Shown: one piece after another, positions 61,116 through 64,000 of the stretch
Numbering within the stretch: position 1 is the stretch's first letter
Layout: the number at the start of each line of letters is the position of its first letter
NCBI GenBank assembly: GCA_964559765.1
Contig: CAZLHU010000001.1
Span: forward strand, 9,242 to 73,241
Source: an uncultured Candidatus Saccharibacteria bacterium
Lineage (GTDB): Bacteria > Patescibacteriota > Minisyncoccia > UBA6257 > Colwellbacteraceae
Direction of reading: 5' to 3'
DNA length: 64,000 nt
Translations under genes and position numbers: made by a program
Notes under the pieces: model-generated
What the model saw: the letters and a program-made list of their open reading frames with translations, nothing else
Told to the model about the DNA's origin: nothing
Database searches by the model: none

Positions 61116-61143
61116 ATTATATCCTCATGCACCAGATACTCAA
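61116..61143 (-). promoter_or_regulatory. candidate sigma70 promoter for the pilin gene (TTGAGT-16 nt-TATAAT on the minus strand)
   Basis: Hexamers located about 75 nt upstream of the pilin ATG. Confidence 0.35.
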
Positions 61144-61163
61144 ACAACACTTATTCACAACCA

Positions 61164-61550
61164 CTATTTGGACGAGGAGTTCAGGAGCTCCTGGACCTTT
61201 GTAACTAGGTCCTCTATGGATATTTTGGCTTTGACGTAGTATTCGATGGCGCCCAATTGCTTGCCCCTCGATATGTCGTCGTCCTGACCAAGATTGGAGA
61301 TTATTACTATAGGGGCCTTCTTTAGCAATGGGTTTCTCTGTATCTCTTCCATCACCTCGAAACCAGACTTCTTTGGTAAGATCAGATCCAAAAGGATTAG
61401 GTCTGGTCTCGTATTCTTTAGCACACCCAAAGCCTCCTCGCCGTCTCCGGCGCGGATTATATTAAGACCGTCTCTACCCAACCTATTGCTCAATAGCTGG
61501 GATAGGAATGAGTCGTCTTCGACTATCATTACAGTTTTGCTAGTCGCCAT
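61164..61550 (-). CDS. single-domain response regulator (CheY/PilH-like receiver)
   Basis: VMIVEDDSFL…LILLDLILPKKSGFEVMEEI…PIVIISNL with the conserved Asp/Lys. Confidence 0.8.
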   Translation of the reverse strand: MATSKTVMIVEDDSFLSQLLSNRLGRDGLNIIRAGDGEEALGVLKNTRPDLILLDLILPKKSGFEVMEEIQRNPLLKKAPIVIISNLGQDDDISRGKQLGAIEYYVKAKISIEDLVTKVQELLNSSSK

Positions 61551-61777
61551 ATCACTTATATTAGCACACTTTATATTAATTTGACTTATTTGTTGTCGCC
61601 TAAAAACCGATGCATACCAGCGATATCACCTAATTATATTGGTTCCAGGCATAGAATAGAAAACTTTTTAGTTATCCCAAAGCTATACAGTCTAGGTTAC
61701 CCTAGAAGGAATCGAGACTTAAATGGCTCCTCGATCAATACCTATATCTGACAATATGTGTCAGATTCGTTCTTTAA

Positions 61778-63308
<1,531 letters not shown>

Positions 63309-63485
63309 AAAAAAACTTCCGATAGCCTTCGGAACATAAATGCTCCGGGACCAGTCGAAAGTAAAGTGCTTTGGGACAACTAAAAAATTCTCTATATTTA
63401 CTCTATTATTATTGTTTGAACCTTTACCAATTTGGTTATTATGCTTTGTTTACTTGTAAATGACCTGTCATCATTAGTGAGCAGG

Positions 63486-63516
63486 GATATATTAAGGCCT
63501 TGGCTTAGGCTTGTCA
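63486..63516 (-). promoter_or_regulatory. candidate 16S rRNA promoter (TTGACA-17 nt-TAATAT on the minus strand)
   Basis: Perfect -35 about 200 nt upstream of the mature 16S 5' end. Confidence 0.35.
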
Positions 63517-63548
63517 AACCCAGCCCGCCAGTGGTAATCTAAGTCGCA

Positions 63549-63812
63549 ATGAAGGAAAAAATACACCCAACATACTACCCAAAAGCCAAGGTTAAATGCG
63601 CTTGCGGATACGAATTCTTGGTCGGTTCGACCAGGCCCGAGCTACAAATCGAAATTTGCAGCAACTGCCACCCTTTCTATACAGGTAAGGAGAAATTGAT
63701 CGACACCGCAGGGCGAATCGAGCGCTTTGCTTCGCGACGCTCTAAGGCCGTTGAGCCGGCAGCTAAAAAGAAGGTCCGACGCGCTGCGACCAAGGCCAAG
63801 CCAAAGAAATAG
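63549..63812 (+). CDS. rpmE: 50S ribosomal protein L31 with a Lys/Ala-rich C-terminal extension
   Basis: IHPTYY…CACGYEF…[12 protein letters not shown]31 zinc-ribbon signature. Confidence 0.8.
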   Translation: MKEKIHPTYYPKAKVKCACGYEFLVGSTRPELQIEICSNCHPFYTGKEKLIDTAGRIERFASRRSKAVEPAAKKKVRRAATKAKPKK

Positions 63813-63849
63813 GCTTGTCGAATTCTTGAATAGAATATAGTCATAGCTT

Positions 63850-64000
63850 ATGACTACTAATAAAATAATTTTGGAAGTGAGAGCCGGGGCCGGCGGAGAC
63901 GAGGCCTCTATTTTCGCTGGCGACCTCGCTAGGATGTACCAACGGTATGCCGCTAGGCGCAATTGGAAGTTCATCTTATTGGATTCGAGCGAGGGAACTA
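63850..64000 (+). CDS. peptide chain release factor 1-like protein, 5' partial (runs off the window); starts at the domain-2 motif and lacks the N-terminal domain 1
   Basis: [39 protein letters not shown] matches RF1 residues about 105-145; an in-frame stop lies 3 nt upstream of the ATG. Confidence 0.5.
   Translation, partial: MTTNKIILEVRAGAGGDEASIFAGDLARMYQRYAARRNWKFILLDSSEGT

Overview
This is a 64-kb fragment of a compact, gene-dense bacterial chromosome. Genes run on both strands and many overlap by 1-20 nt. None of about ten translation starts I checked is preceded by a Shine-Dalgarno motif.

The rRNA genes are unlinked. 23S and 5S lie on the minus strand at roughly 2.4-6.0 kb. The 23S carries a roughly 317-nt ORF-less insertion at the classic I-CreI/2593-type site; this is most simply a group I intron. 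A separate 16S lies on the minus strand at 61.8-63.3 kb. Its 3' tail lacks the CCUCC anti-Shine-Dalgarno sequence, and its 530 loop deviates from the universal 515F sequence.

Together with the many small Ser/Thr-rich secreted proteins, these features suggest (inference only) a reduced-genome organism resembling the Candidate Phyla Radiation (Patescibacteria).

Housekeeping genes: FtsW/RodA, ftsA-ftsZ, the B12-dependent class II ribonucleotide reductase nrdJ, pyrG, hisS, lepB, pth, dut, nadK, uppP, mscL, an NRAMP transporter (mntH), ybeY, rpsU, rpmE, and a release-factor-1-like gene that starts without domain 1 at the window edge.

Accessory content:
- A roughly 9-kb minus-strand type IV pilus locus: a PilM-PilN-PilO fusion, minor pilins, a pilin fused to an 8-repeat beta-propeller, pilC, pilB, and two major-pilin paralogues that share an identical 135-bp 5' repeat. 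A CheY-like receiver sits next to it.
- A roughly 8-kb minus-strand operon of large secreted cysteine-rich, PKD-like and SH3b-like proteins, ending in a pilin-like protein with a roughly 250-aa glycine-rich tail.
- An operon encoding YbaK, an ASCH-domain protein and a cytidine-deaminase-like protein.
- A P-loop kinase fused to an FkbM-family methyltransferase.
- An SdpI-like immunity protein.
- A GC-rich candidate structured RNA at about 36.2-36.4 kb.

I found no CRISPR arrays, tRNAs or classical transposons.
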